IMG/VR virus record: IMGVR_UViG_3300028591_000103
Span: 87,639 to 151,638 of that record
DNA: 64,000 nt
DNA from: a virus
Taxonomy: Duplodnaviria; Caudoviricetes
Direction: 5' to 3' (one strand)
Positions 8,773 through 19,900 of this stretch are shown here, in pieces. Positions within the stretch are counted from its first letter, which is position 1, and every line of letters begins with the position of its first letter. The translations under genes and the position numbers were made by a program. The notes beneath the pieces were generated by a model. It saw nothing but the letters and a program-made list of their open reading frames with translations. It made no database searches and had not been told where the DNA came from.

Positions 8773-11700
8773 TATTTGATTTGAATAGGAGGTGTATTCG
8801 GAATCGTGGATATCAACCATTTGTTTTCAAATGAATCATCAATCCGAATTCGAATACCAGAACGGAGGAATGGGAATATTTTCAGAGTGTTTGCAGTATC
8901 ATCGATTGCAGAATTCTGATAATTCGAGATATACAATGTGAAACAGTAATCTGTGATTCCGGATGTATAAATCTCGAAACCTTCGCCTTCTTCCAGTTTC
9001 CTCACATGTAATCTCTGTACCTGTCTGTCTTTAATGTCATAATCACTGAGATGTGATAATTTGATACTACCATTCAGACGTTCCCGTTTCCATACCAAAT
9101 CGTACTGCTCCAACAATTTCCGGTTGGAATATTCCATAAATCCCATTGATGTCGAAGTCAGATGGTAAATCGGAACACCATTGATTGTTGGAATATGATG
9201 AAGTTGATTATATGATACAGGATCATCACCAGTATCAGCGTTGATATTATCCAGAATATCCGGTTCCACATCAACATTGTTTGAACGTCTGATATCATCT
9301 GTCAGATATTCATCAATACCATATTTTGTATTCAAGTTGAAAATATACTGAACAGATTCATCCATGACGTTTGCATGACGTTTCAGAATTTCATAGTATG
9401 ATCCATATACATTTCCATCCAGGTCAATATACATATTACCCTTTGGGAATAATTTGGAATCCACCACATCATCAACCAATTCGACGATATCAAGATTCCG
9501 CAATGATGTCAGGTTTCTTAATTGCAAGGAAGTTGGTGATAGAATAATGATATCATCCGGATCAGAAATGAATCGACCATTCACCCAGAATTCATAACGA
9601 TCACGAGACAACGGTGTTGCAATGTATCCTGTTAAGTCAATGATTCCATCTTCTGGAATTGATTGAGAAGCATATCGACAGATGCCAATATAATTCGTAC
9701 GAATCGTATTCACATCTTGATTCAGAGCCAGATCAATCGTCAAACGTTCTCTGAATGTATTCTTGAAGATATTTCCAACAGGATATCTCAGTTCCTTTTC
9801 TTTGTCATAATACACGGTAAACAAATCATTGTCACCGAGATTATATGGAGATACATCATGATCTGTATCGAGTTGATAATGATTCTGGAGATAAACCTCC
9901 ATTGTTTGTAAATCAACATCCGGATCTTTCGGAACGAGAATCACTTCATCTGGTATCAAACGATGTTTGATATTCGAAAAACCTTTCCAATCTTCAAATT
10001 CTTCAAGTTTAACCCAATCCGCATAATGTGTTAATGGAATTGACGCATGTGACATATGAACCGTAATGACTCCTCCAGACATTGGATGAGAAGGATCCGG
10101 CTTGATGTAACATACAAAATCTGCATCAACATATTCGTCAGCGGTTGTCTCAAGTACACGAATACTCGGAGATCCTTCGGTTCCTGTGATCAATGCAGTG
10201 AACATAACAGACGAAGCAATCCCGTTGAATTCCGCATTCGCATTGTTATTCACACATGCTAATGTAACATATGTGTCAGAAGCAAATCCATCGAACATAC
10301 GGATGATTGATGTATTGAATTTCGGAATCTGAATATCGGGATCGGTTGTGATGTTTGATATCGGATGTTTGACATAGATATCGAAATCATCATAATCAAA
10401 TGTCGTTTGATCATTCTTCGCCATCATATCACAGAATCGAATCGGTGAACCTGTGGTGAATAATCCACTGCGAGATGGACGTTTGAACATGATCGCTGAT
10501 TCAATTCCAGAAGCTTCCAAGAAATCCTCCGGAACATCTTCCAATTCAGCAGGATAATAGATTTCGTTTTCGTCATAATGTTTTCTCAAACGAATTTTGT
10601 CATATGGATTATGTGATTCTGTCTGTTGTTTATCCAATGCTAACACCGGTCTGAATCGCACTTTACAATTCATTCCACTCATTGTGATATCATCAAAGAT
10701 ATCTGAATGATCATACACATAATAGATCAAGATCTTTTTCGATGTATAACTTTGATCGGTGAATTCAATGATCAATTGTGTCAAAACATTCATTGTCCAG
10801 TCATATGTTGGATCATCATCGAAGTGTGCATGATTTGCACCAGATTCAACAACGGAACGCACACTGTATTCTGATGGATCCAACCAACGTTTGTGTTCCC
10901 AGTCATACAATCTGACTTCGACTTGATCTGTATATGGTAGATCCTGAATATGTGGACGGAATGTATGGTCTAATTTTGCACGACCATTTGAGATATACAC
11001 CATTGCAGCATCGTATGTGATTACATTATACCATGTAGAAGGTGTTTCCAAATAAGCCATATACAAAGTCAAACGGTCTTGGAATTCTACCTGATACTGA
11101 TACTTCAATGTCAGATCGGATATTTGTGTTTCAATTTTACGTTTTTCGGCAACTGTCTTGGCTTGTGACATTTGATATGATAAACTACGAATTCTACCTT
11201 GCATGTCATGAATCGTTTTGATTGTCTCATTGAATAAAGATGTATACTTTTTCTTTTCCTGATCATAAATCAGACTCTTCCGTTCTCTATCCCATATATT
11301 ATGATCATTCGGTTCATGACGCAATAACGGGTATAATTCCGGATTTGTCAATGGATTGAAATCATGACGGATTGTATTGATAATCATGATATGACCAAGT
11401 TGTGAAGTTTGCATCAGATCTCCAGAACCGATGTAAACAAAATGATGTTTTGGATCAATTGTTTCATCCAAACGATTCGGAATCTCATCATGAAACATCC
11501 AATTCAAACGGGTGTACACATAATCGGAATTTGTTTCGACGAAGATAGGATCACCCGGTAATGAATAACAATCAATGAAATCATCTGCGGGAACATGTGC
11601 CGCTGTTGATAATGGTGGGATTGGATAGAATTCACCATCCCATTCGGAAAATTCATCCAAGAAATTCCGAATGTTATCATTCACGATTGTACATGTCACA

Positions 11701-14700
11701 TCCGTCGTGAGGTATTTCTCCATCACAACAGGATCGGTTGTGTGGAACCATCGTGCATGATGTTCATCCACCTTCAGTTCCAATATTCCGTGGTTCTGCG
11801 AATGATTGATCGATGTAATTGTCATTGGGAATAAACTCAAACCATCATCTGTGTAGGCATATACAGTTTGTCCAACAAAATACTTTCCACCCAATGAAGG
11901 TAATGTCACACCAACAACCTCGTTATGATATACATGACACGGTTTGAAGAACATTTCTTTCGTTGGTCTGTTAGATTGATCAACAACAGACAATGTATTC
12001 ATTCTTGCACAAGACAAATACAATTTATCCCAAGGACCTTGTAAATTTGCTTCACGTGGAGGATTACAATATTCCGAAAGATGTGTCAATGGAATGAAAT
12101 GATTTCCACATAATAATTCATAATGTAATTCTGCATGACGAACATTGACAACGTCATCATGATCGTTTACATCGAATCTTTCATGAACATTCATGACTTC
12201 CATTGGAATACATTGTAAACCGGAATACCGTTCAAATGTCTTCAGTATATCGGAAGAGATTGACACTTTCGTGAATGTGAAATTGTATGTGTATGTATTT
12301 ATGGCATTTCCATTCTTGTCATAATATTTTACGCTCTTTTGCCATTGTGCATACAGGTTTCCATTTACAAATGCATTTTCACATGTTGGTACAAGTCGCA
12401 ATACACGATAACCGGTTCCGGCAATGTGCTCGTAATCAACATGAAGTGTGACTGTATAATGTCCTTGTTGATCATTCTGAACATCTGGGAATTGTACAAG
12501 AGGACTTGTTTTCTCGATCAGAAGTTCTGCATAAGCTGGAGGTGCACCCAATATACTTGGTTGTGGTCGTGTTGTCAAATCGACAGCATCCATCACATAG
12601 AAATCGAAGATGTAATTCTTCATGACGTCATTACAATAATCGACCAACAGTTGGAGGAATTGATTTGCTTGTGATGAAGAATCATAGAATGAATCGATCA
12701 CTTCTTTTGTTACATCAAACTGATTCACACCATCCGGTTCACCGAGTAATTGTGTAGTTACCATCAGATTCAAATGAGCTGCCCAGAATTCCAATTTGTG
12801 TTTTGTCGCATCATCAACGACATTTGGATTATCGTCATAATACATTGACATTTGTATCAGCATCATTCGATCCAATGTTTCTGCCCATTGTCTGTATTCA
12901 TGCAGACTCATCGGTTGATTCATCTTCTTCAGTTGTAAATACAATCGTCTGATTCTACGAACCGCTACACTCTTGAATCCAGTACATTCGTATACTTTCC
13001 TCATGCACATCAATACCTGGTTTACAAGATATTGAATCGTGTATGGATCATAACCAATCTGAGACAATCTTGTCAATTGTTCAATTTGAATCTGTAACGT
13101 GTTTACAACATTCAACATTGGATTCAACAGCGAACCAAGCAAGAAGTAGTTTGCAACCATCAATGTGCTTGGATGATGTGCTTGTAATGAACCACCCTGC
13201 GAATCAACATAGGCTTTCATCTTCTTGCAAGTTCTGTCAATGACTTTTCGATATGAATCGATTCTGGTTTGTGTGTTCCATATCGATTTATAATCCGTCG
13301 TAAAATCATTGATCACATCATAGATTTCCGCCAGGAAAATAGAAACGATATTTGCAACACGTGCATCATCATAATACGATAATACTTCAGAATCGTATGA
13401 ACCGAATTGGATGTAATGATCATGATCCAATTCATCTTGCATGACATAATTGTATTTTGTGTCATTTTCGTATACATTGAATACGAATGGATATCTTACA
13501 CCAACATCCTGAGGAGATTCAAACATATCATGATTTGCATCCAATGGATATTGCATTCCAGCATATGTTGTTACACCCTCGACGTCAGGGAATACACACA
13601 ATTCTTTGTCATCAGAAGATAATGCAGATGGAGGTAAATGAATCACGGAATAATTGATTTTTTCTTTGGGAAGATCCATATTGATTTCGGATAACTTCAA
13701 ATCCGCATAACGTGGATAGAACTTTTTCCGAGTTACCATATACATCAAATAATGCGCGAGTTTATCTTCATTGCCTTGCATCATGGACAATGTATAGAAT
13801 AAGAAATTCAATGCAAATGGGGCACGATATGATTCTTCGGTATAATCAACAACATTATCCGTCATTGCATTCGAGAACTCATAGTTCATCTCAGATGGAT
13901 ATTCCAAGAAAATATCACCATCTATTTTTTGTTTCATGATTTTAGACAGAATGGATATTTCCGTGTTCATATCATGTTTCTGATAATAAATCTTGGAGAG
14001 TTTCATCAGCTGATTCTCGACATACCAATATTTGACATAACCGATATGACGATCAACTTCTTTTGTGAATGCATCGAAATCTCTGAATTCAATATCTGTC
14101 AGATTATCAGTCTTCAATTCAACCGGATTCTCCGTGTCTGTATACAAGAAGAAAAACTTAAAGAGCTCATCACCACGAAGATTATCATTAACATAGAAGA
14201 CATTTTCGATTCCTTTGAAATGTTTGATATCAGGTACATCGAATATCCAACACGGAATATCATCATCATGATTATATTTCAATGCGATGAAGCACTGTTC
14301 GGCCACAGGACGATTGATTCTGTAATCATCTTTATCCGATGATGTGAAATAGTTCGGATACATGATATCATATGTACCGAGTGTTGAGAAAGGTGGTCTG
14401 TATAATGGTGCTAAAACGGCTTTCAAGAAGATGTCATAATTATCACCATATAACATGTCAATGTCAACACGCTGGACACCATTCCAACTTGGATCTGCAT
14501 GTGTCAACTCATCCAGATCCAATAAGAACTTTTCAAATTCTCTCAGATATTCCATATTGATCAATGATGTAATGATCGCACCATTGTAATATGTCTCATA
14601 ACATTTCCTCAGTAATTTCAGCAGATACTTTGCAGGATTGATGACATGCTTCGTATAGTATTGACGTGCATCTGTATCAGTATATTTGATATTGCGTTCA

Positions 14701-15938
14701 TGACCGAGATCCAGTACATCATTCTTGTACGATTTCATTGTATCAATCAATGCATAACATTGACGAAGTGTGTGGAATGAAGCAATATTCTTTCCAACAC
14801 GATTCAATGAAATTGGCGGTGTACAAATTGGAAGATGCTCATCCACATATGTATTTTGTGAATGGATTCTACCACCATATTCGTTTGTCACATGATTGTA
14901 TTGATCATCATAAACATACTGTGTTCCCATCATATCCAGATAGTTTACTGCAGGGAATACTCCGGACACTTCATGGAAATGTTTGATCATATAGATACGG
15001 ACATGAGCTTTCTCCGATTTATACCGTTCGAAGTCAACGGTTGTTTTTTCTTGCATGTTTGTAATAGCACAACCATTTCCTGTCATACTACCAAAGTTCG
15101 GAGAAATCATAATCTCTTTACTGACGATTGAGTCAGAGATCTGAACAATACATCTGCATCCATTGAACTGTGATCCAACACCCTGGATTCCCATATCACT
15201 ATAACGAATCACAGGATTGGCTACGTTCAATTTGGTAATCGGTATTTCAAAATCCAGAACCTTTGATCCATCCAGTTTGTAGATTGTGAATGTAACGTCG
15301 GCAGCATATCTCCATCCGATTTTAAAACGGAAGCCCTTTTCATCAATACCGACATACCAGTCATCGGACATATAACCATTCGTACAACAAATGACTGTGA
15401 ATTTCAGAATCGAAGACATTTCGTCCGATAAGAATCGTGCTGCTGGAATATATTGGCGATTCTCTGTTTCATAAAATGCATGAAGTTTCTGACGAACAAA
15501 TTCATCACGTTCTCCAAAATGCATTTGATCGAAAGGTACATCTACGATGTAATAGTGATTGAATTTATCTCGACAAACATGTTTCTTGTCTGTCTGAGGA
15601 TATTGGGCAATGACAGCATGTGTATTTACGAGCATCTTACTCATTGCATTCTGCAATGATTTACGATACGTTTCTGCGAGAGATTTATCCAGATCTTCGA
15701 AGGTATAATTTGATCGCTCCATCAAATCAACCAACATCTGGAATCCCATATTATTTCCGACAACGTTATATGGTTGCTCGGTTAATAACATGGATGATGG
15801 TTCCATTTCTATCAGTTTCTGATATCGCTGATAAATGTTCTTCCATTTGGTATCATTGTATGTCTCATGACCTTTTCGTATGCCGGTCATGTACTGATGG
15901 AAATGATGAAACCAATCATGGTAATTCATGATAGCCAT
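8772..15938 (-). CDS. giant virion structural protein (2388 aa, probably baseplate/tail)
   Basis: Very long ORF with RBS and late-type promoter; C-terminal GIIDLTG..PLS..YEFWVNGRFI motif resembling large jumbo-phage structural proteins. Confidence 0.6.
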   Translation of the reverse strand: MAIMNYHDWFHHFHQYMTGIRKGHETYNDTKWKNIYQRYQKLIEMEPSSMLLTEQPYNVVGNNMGFQMLVDLMERSNYTFEDLDKSLAETYRKSLQNAMSKMLVNTHAVIAQYPQTDKKHVCRDKFNHYYIVDVPFDQMHFGERDEFVRQKLHAFYETENRQYIPAARFLSDEMSSILKFTVICCTNGYMSDDWYVGIDEKGFRFKIGWRYAADVTFTIYKLDGSKVLDFEIPITKLNVANPVIRYSDMGIQGVGSQFNGCRCIVQISDSIVSKEIMISPNFGSMTGNGCAITNMQEKTTVDFERYKSEKAHVRIYMIKHFHEVSGVFPAVNYLDMMGTQYVYDDQYNHVTNEYGGRIHSQNTYVDEHLPICTPPISLNRVGKNIASFHTLRQCYALIDTMKSYKNDVLDLGHERNIKYTDTDARQYYTKHVINPAKYLLKLLRKCYETYYNGAIITSLINMEYLREFEKFLLDLDELTHADPSWNGVQRVDIDMLYGDNYDIFLKAVLAPLYRPPFSTLGTYDIMYPNYFTSSDKDDYRINRPVAEQCFIALKYNHDDDIPCWIFDVPDIKHFKGIENVFYVNDNLRGDELFKFFFLYTDTENPVELKTDNLTDIEFRDFDAFTKEVDRHIGYVKYWYVENQLMKLSKIYYQKHDMNTEISILSKIMKQKIDGDIFLEYPSEMNYEFSNAMTDNVVDYTEESYRAPFALNFLFYTLSMMQGNEDKLAHYLMYMVTRKKFYPRYADLKLSEINMDLPKEKINYSVIHLPPSALSSDDKELCVFPDVEGVTTYAGMQYPLDANHDMFESPQDVGVRYPFVFNVYENDTKYNYVMQDELDHDHYIQFGSYDSEVLSYYDDARVANIVSIFLAEIYDVINDFTTDYKSIWNTQTRIDSYRKVIDRTCKKMKAYVDSQGGSLQAHHPSTLMVANYFLLGSLLNPMLNVVNTLQIQIEQLTRLSQIGYDPYTIQYLVNQVLMCMRKVYECTGFKSVAVRRIRRLYLQLKKMNQPMSLHEYRQWAETLDRMMLIQMSMYYDDNPNVVDDATKHKLEFWAAHLNLMVTTQLLGEPDGVNQFDVTKEVIDSFYDSSSQANQFLQLLVDYCNDVMKNYIFDFYVMDAVDLTTRPQPSILGAPPAYAELLIEKTSPLVQFPDVQNDQQGHYTVTLHVDYEHIAGTGYRVLRLVPTCENAFVNGNLYAQWQKSVKYYDKNGNAINTYTYNFTFTKVSISSDILKTFERYSGLQCIPMEVMNVHERFDVNDHDDVVNVRHAELHYELLCGNHFIPLTHLSEYCNPPREANLQGPWDKLYLSCARMNTLSVVDQSNRPTKEMFFKPCHVYHNEVVGVTLPSLGGKYFVGQTVYAYTDDGLSLFPMTITSINHSQNHGILELKVDEHHARWFHTTDPVVMEKYLTTDVTCTIVNDNIRNFLDEFSEWDGEFYPIPPLSTAAHVPADDFIDCYSLPGDPIFVETNSDYVYTRLNWMFHDEIPNRLDETIDPKHHFVYIGSGDLMQTSQLGHIMIINTIRHDFNPLTNPELYPLLRHEPNDHNIWDRERKSLIYDQEKKKYTSLFNETIKTIHDMQGRIRSLSYQMSQAKTVAEKRKIETQISDLTLKYQYQVEFQDRLTLYMAYLETPSTWYNVITYDAAMVYISNGRAKLDHTFRPHIQDLPYTDQVEVRLYDWEHKRWLDPSEYSVRSVVESGANHAHFDDDPTYDWTMNVLTQLIIEFTDQSYTSKKILIYYVYDHSDIFDDITMSGMNCKVRFRPVLALDKQQTESHNPYDKIRLRKHYDENEIYYPAELEDVPEDFLEASGIESAIMFKRPSRSGLFTTGSPIRFCDMMAKNDQTTFDYDDFDIYVKHPISNITTDPDIQIPKFNTSIIRMFDGFASDTYVTLACVNNNANAEFNGIASSVMFTALITGTEGSPSIRVLETTADEYVDADFVCYIKPDPSHPMSGGVITVHMSHASIPLTHYADWVKLEEFEDWKGFSNIKHRLIPDEVILVPKDPDVDLQTMEVYLQNHYQLDTDHDVSPYNLGDNDLFTVYYDKEKELRYPVGNIFKNTFRERLTIDLALNQDVNTIRTNYIGICRYASQSIPEDGIIDLTGYIATPLSRDRYEFWVNGRFISDPDDIIILSPTSLQLRNLTSLRNLDIVELVDDVVDSKLFPKGNMYIDLDGNVYGSYYEILKRHANVMDESVQYIFNLNTKYGIDEYLTDDIRRSNNVDVEPDILDNINADTGDDPVSYNQLHHIPTINGVPIYHLTSTSMGFMEYSNRKLLEQYDLVWKRERLNGSIKLSHLSDYDIKDRQVQRLHVRKLEEGEGFEIYTSGITDYCFTLYISNYQNSAIDDTANTLKIFPFLRSGIRIRIDDSFENKWLISTIPNTPPIQIK

Positions 15939-15963
15939 AAAGATAGACTCCTTTCATTGAAAG

Positions 15964-15976
15964 TTACAGAACCGTT
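15964..15976 (-). promoter_or_regulatory. putative late promoter
   Basis: AACG-GTTCTG-TAA upstream of the 2388-aa gene. Confidence 0.45.
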
Positions 15977-15978
15977 TT

Positions 15979-15996
15979 GTGGGGCCTAAGCCCCAC
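15979..15996. terminator. GC hairpin preceding early promoter copy 1
   Basis: gtggggc-ctaa-gccccac. Confidence 0.5.
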
Positions 15997-16008
15997 GTCA
16001 CGAAACCT

Positions 16009-16041
16009 GTTTTTCATATATATATAATTAATATGAATAGA
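16009..16041 (+). promoter_or_regulatory. 33-bp early promoter-like repeat, copy 1
   Basis: gtttttcatatatatataattaatatgaataga, identical at 56050-56082 (-) and 57631-57663 (-); contains TATATAAT. Confidence 0.8.
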
Positions 16042-16076
16042 AGAAATCCATGGTGGATCGAAAGGAGGTGATAGAT

Positions 16077-16133
16077 ATGACAAATGTCGTAATCATCACC
16101 GTTCCTGTAGACACTGAAATCATTTGTGAGTAA
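16077..16133 (+). CDS. 18-aa micropeptide MTNVVIITVPVDTEIICE
   Basis: RBS GAAAGGAGGTGA; homologous peptide at 57533-57589 with synonymous codon differences. Confidence 0.75.
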   Translation: MTNVVIITVPVDTEIICE

Positions 16134-16268
16134 TGATTAAGAGTGACGAGCCCCCAAATTTATTTGGAACGTCAGAAACCATGGATTTCTAATATTCATT
16201 AAAGAAAGAGTCTTTAAGACTCAATAAATATTTTAAACTCCGCAAGGAGAGAAAGTGAAGGTATTAAA

Positions 16269-16823
16269 ATGAAAAACATGAATTCTAAAATCAACGAGAA
16301 CCTCGATACTCTTAAGTCTCTGGCGTTCGATGCCAGAAATGCTCTCATGGAAATGAGAGCAACATTTGTCGCATGGAATGAGGAAGCATTCCGTGCGATC
16401 GTCATGGAAGACGCTGAACTCACAGAGGGGCTTATCAATGAGCTCCGCGAATGCGGGTTCGAAACAGAATCCATTGATGACGGTCGCAAGATCGTCAGCG
16501 AGCTCATCGAAAATCTGGGCGAAACTGCCCGGGAAATGAATGAAGCTCAACGTGAACTGACTCTGCAGAATCTCGTCGGTGGCTCAACAAGAACCTGCTC
16601 GGAGTGTCATGCCCCGATAAACGACACCGACGAATATTGTCCGATTTGCGGTTCCAAGGAGGGTGCACTGAAGCCCTATGTAGAGCCGCGGAGAATTGAG
16701 TGTGTCACATGTAAATGCGGACGCACTTATGATCAAGAATATCGCTTCTGCCCGAGCTGTGGTAAAGCGAATTCTAAGCACAGCTTGAACAAAGAACCTG
16801 ATGCATTCGACATATTCAAATGA
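16269..16823 (+). CDS. double zinc-ribbon protein (early cargo gene)
   Basis: CSEC..CPICG and CKCG..CPSCG at the C-terminus, helical N-terminus. Confidence 0.75.
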   Translation: MKNMNSKINENLDTLKSLAFDARNALMEMRATFVAWNEEAFRAIVMEDAELTEGLINELRECGFETESIDDGRKIVSELIENLGETAREMNEAQRELTLQNLVGGSTRTCSECHAPINDTDEYCPICGSKEGALKPYVEPRRIECVTCKCGRTYDQEYRFCPSCGKANSKHSLNKEPDAFDIFK

Positions 16824-16920
16824 TTGTGCCGAATGCTACATAATTCGGAGTCCCGCACAGTAGGAGGTTCAGCTCCAGAGATTCCTGTGCGGGATGAAAA
16901 GATTGAAAAGGAGATGAAAT

Positions 16921-16958
16921 GAGGGGCGCATCACGCGCCCCTCTATCATTATTTTTTT
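16921..16958 (+). terminator. terminator between convergent genes
   Basis: gaggggcgc-atcac-gcgcccctc followed by a T run. Confidence 0.75.
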
Positions 16959-19900
16959 TTAGCCATTCCAGATTTTGCCAATATGCCGTTTTAATTCCAC
17001 CAAGATTTTGTTAGCTGATGCGGTAACAATCATACTTGGAATCATACGTTTCATGATACTGCCAGCGGATACAAACATGGAGATTTCAGTTTCCGGATCA
17101 TCTTCCGTAAATGGTTCCTGTCCTTCTGGAATGACTTCGGAAATAACTTGCTTGGATGCTGCATAAACAACACACTTATCTCCGATTGACACATCATCAC
17201 CATGTTCAATATAAATCTCGATCATGACGTCACAATGTTGTCCTTTAATTGATTGACCATTGATCGGTTCTGTCGGTAATGAATACAGTGTATCCAACTT
17301 ATACACGGAATTCGATTTATCATGTTTATCCAGAATTTTACGTTTCTGGATATTCTCTTTGAAATGTGCATCAAGCAATTCAAACAGAGAAGGAGATAAC
17401 TTATCCATTCCCTTTGTTGTATACATTCGAATCTCTTTGACAGTTCCGGCATGTTTGGATTTGATAATACGTTTCGCAGTATCAAGTGAATTGGAGTCAC
17501 TCTGGAATGCTTTCAGGAATGCATCAACTGCTTTATCACCAGTATCTCCAAGACCGAATACAATCAACGGATCTCCGATTTCAACCTCGTCACCAACTTT
17601 GACAATGGACTCCACATCATCGGTTGCATTTAACTTTGATGCCTGACGCATTGTGACATGTGTTCCAAGTCGTTTTGACATCTTCTCTGTGATCATACCA
17701 GCATCCTCATATGTTGCATATGTTCCACAGAAAGCAACCTTTGCAAGCGGACCAACATTCATTCTCACCATTCCAGAAGAATCCTTGGAGAAGAACTTTT
17801 CATGATATGCCAAAATATCATTCTGTTCAAATGTATCTCCGGGTTCGAAATTGGATTTCAGTTTGTTATCCACAAAGAATCCGGATCCGGGGTTGAATGA
17901 ATATCTGTCGGATACTGGTATCGCTTGTTTCTTTTTTGATGCGTATTCGACGATCATGTATCCATCGCTGATCTCCAACACTTTACCATTCTCTTGTGCA
18001 GTAACGGCAAATTCATCAGAAACATATGCAGCAACCAACTCATCGACACCATTCGAAACAAGAACCGGTTCCGCTTCATCAGTAGGAAGAATATGTCCTG
18101 TTTGAGATGTTGCGATTGCCGTACGAATTGCGTCATCACGAGAAACAGTTCCTGGAGTTAATAACTCGGAAAATGATGCGAGTTGCAGATCATTGTAATC
18201 TGCATCGATACCTTTTGTGGAAGTATAACCACGAACAGATTCCAATTTTGGATCAACCGTCAATTGTCGATTGATACCAACGTTATTGGAGTTTGGCGTT
18301 GAGATGGCAATCTTACCAACCATGGAATCATCAAATGAACGTTTTGCTTCAGAGTATGCTTTATCTTCATTGACTCCACCGAATCCCTTCTTAGAAACAT
18401 TTTCAGTTTCATGAAGTTCAATCATAGGATTCAATGCAGAAGAAGTCGCAATCGTTTGTACATTCATCAACATTGTCATGATTTCATTCGGATTAAATTT
18501 CAATTTAGATTCTTTGAATTTTGATCCTGGAGCATTGTTATACTTTGATATTGCAACAGCCAATGCGTGATGAATCATTGCGGGTATAATTTCGGAAGAA
18601 CGAATACGATACAATGAAGCATTACTCTCGGATGTGAAATTATTATCCGCCAACAGATTTGATGCATAAACCAGCATGTCACACAAATTATCCGGTAACT
18701 TATAATGATGACACACATCTTCTGTGATGGCATCTACAAAGAAATGATAATTTGTAATGAATGTTGTTTTCTGTGAAAACTGTTTGAAGAAGATCTGATT
18801 GAACATATCCACATAGATTGAATTATCATCCATGATCGTAGATTCAAATTCGGTTGTTGTATATTGTCTCGTATTGATTCGATAGAATCCATTGAACAAC
18901 AACTGATTCTGAATGGTGTTCTGAACAGCCAATGTTTTATCCTTGAACGGAATCTTCATGAATCCTTCTGCGTTTTCCTTGGGTCCAATATAACGATATT
19001 GTGCACCAGATCTCTTCAGCAATGAAGACAGACCCTCCCATGCAGCAATCGATACACCGACAGGCAACATGATACCCATCAGCTTCATTTCTGCATACAT
19101 GGATAATTTTGCTGGTTTGCCCTTATTATACGCTTTCAATATTTCTTCAGGAAGTGTCGGGAGAATATTGTCCGTAATGGTTCTGTTATGACGATCCAAG
19201 CCCGTTTCTGTATTGATAACAAGTGGAACTTGATCGATCATTCCACAACAGAATTCATTTTCATTCACAGTAACAAAATTGAATTCACGCAAACATTGTT
19301 CGCGGTTGAATATGATTCTGCATTTCCGTTCTTTATTTTCATAAGAGAACCATTTCTTTGCAAACTCGTCGTATTCAATCGTAGAAACAAATCGGGAATT
19401 CGTCACAGAAGAAGAACCGTATTTGACATATGGATTCTTACCATTGGCGTCATTTTTCTGTGCTACGGCCTTCATCAACAGGGTCAAATCAACCAACGAT
19501 TTTGTGTCATATCGTTGAACAGAAATCTTGTTGTAGTTAGATGTCAACATGACAAGTTTCTTATTGATCTTTAGAATTGGAATCGGGAATTCCTGTTTTC
19601 CGATCGTATACCAAGATCCATTATACAAGAACTTTCCATTCACCATCTTCGGTATGCGGATGTTGATGTGTGATTGTGTACCAGTCTTCTTATTCTTCAA
19701 AGATACTTTCCAATTATGCATCAATGAAGTGGAATCGGAAATATCCGTGACTTCAACATTCGTAACAACAAATCCTTCTGGAAGTTTTTGTAATGTCATA
19801 AATGTTGCGACGATATCCTGATCCATCATTTTTTCTTCATATTCTTTTGATATCATTGGGAATGAAGACCCATGCAATGCTCCATGATTTGTGGTTGTTA

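Noticed and set aside
16077-16133. 18-aa peptide as a type I toxin or an arbitrium/AgrD signal
   Set aside because: Acidic, with no TM helix or signal peptide; no receptor, AgrB or modifying enzyme recognisable nearby
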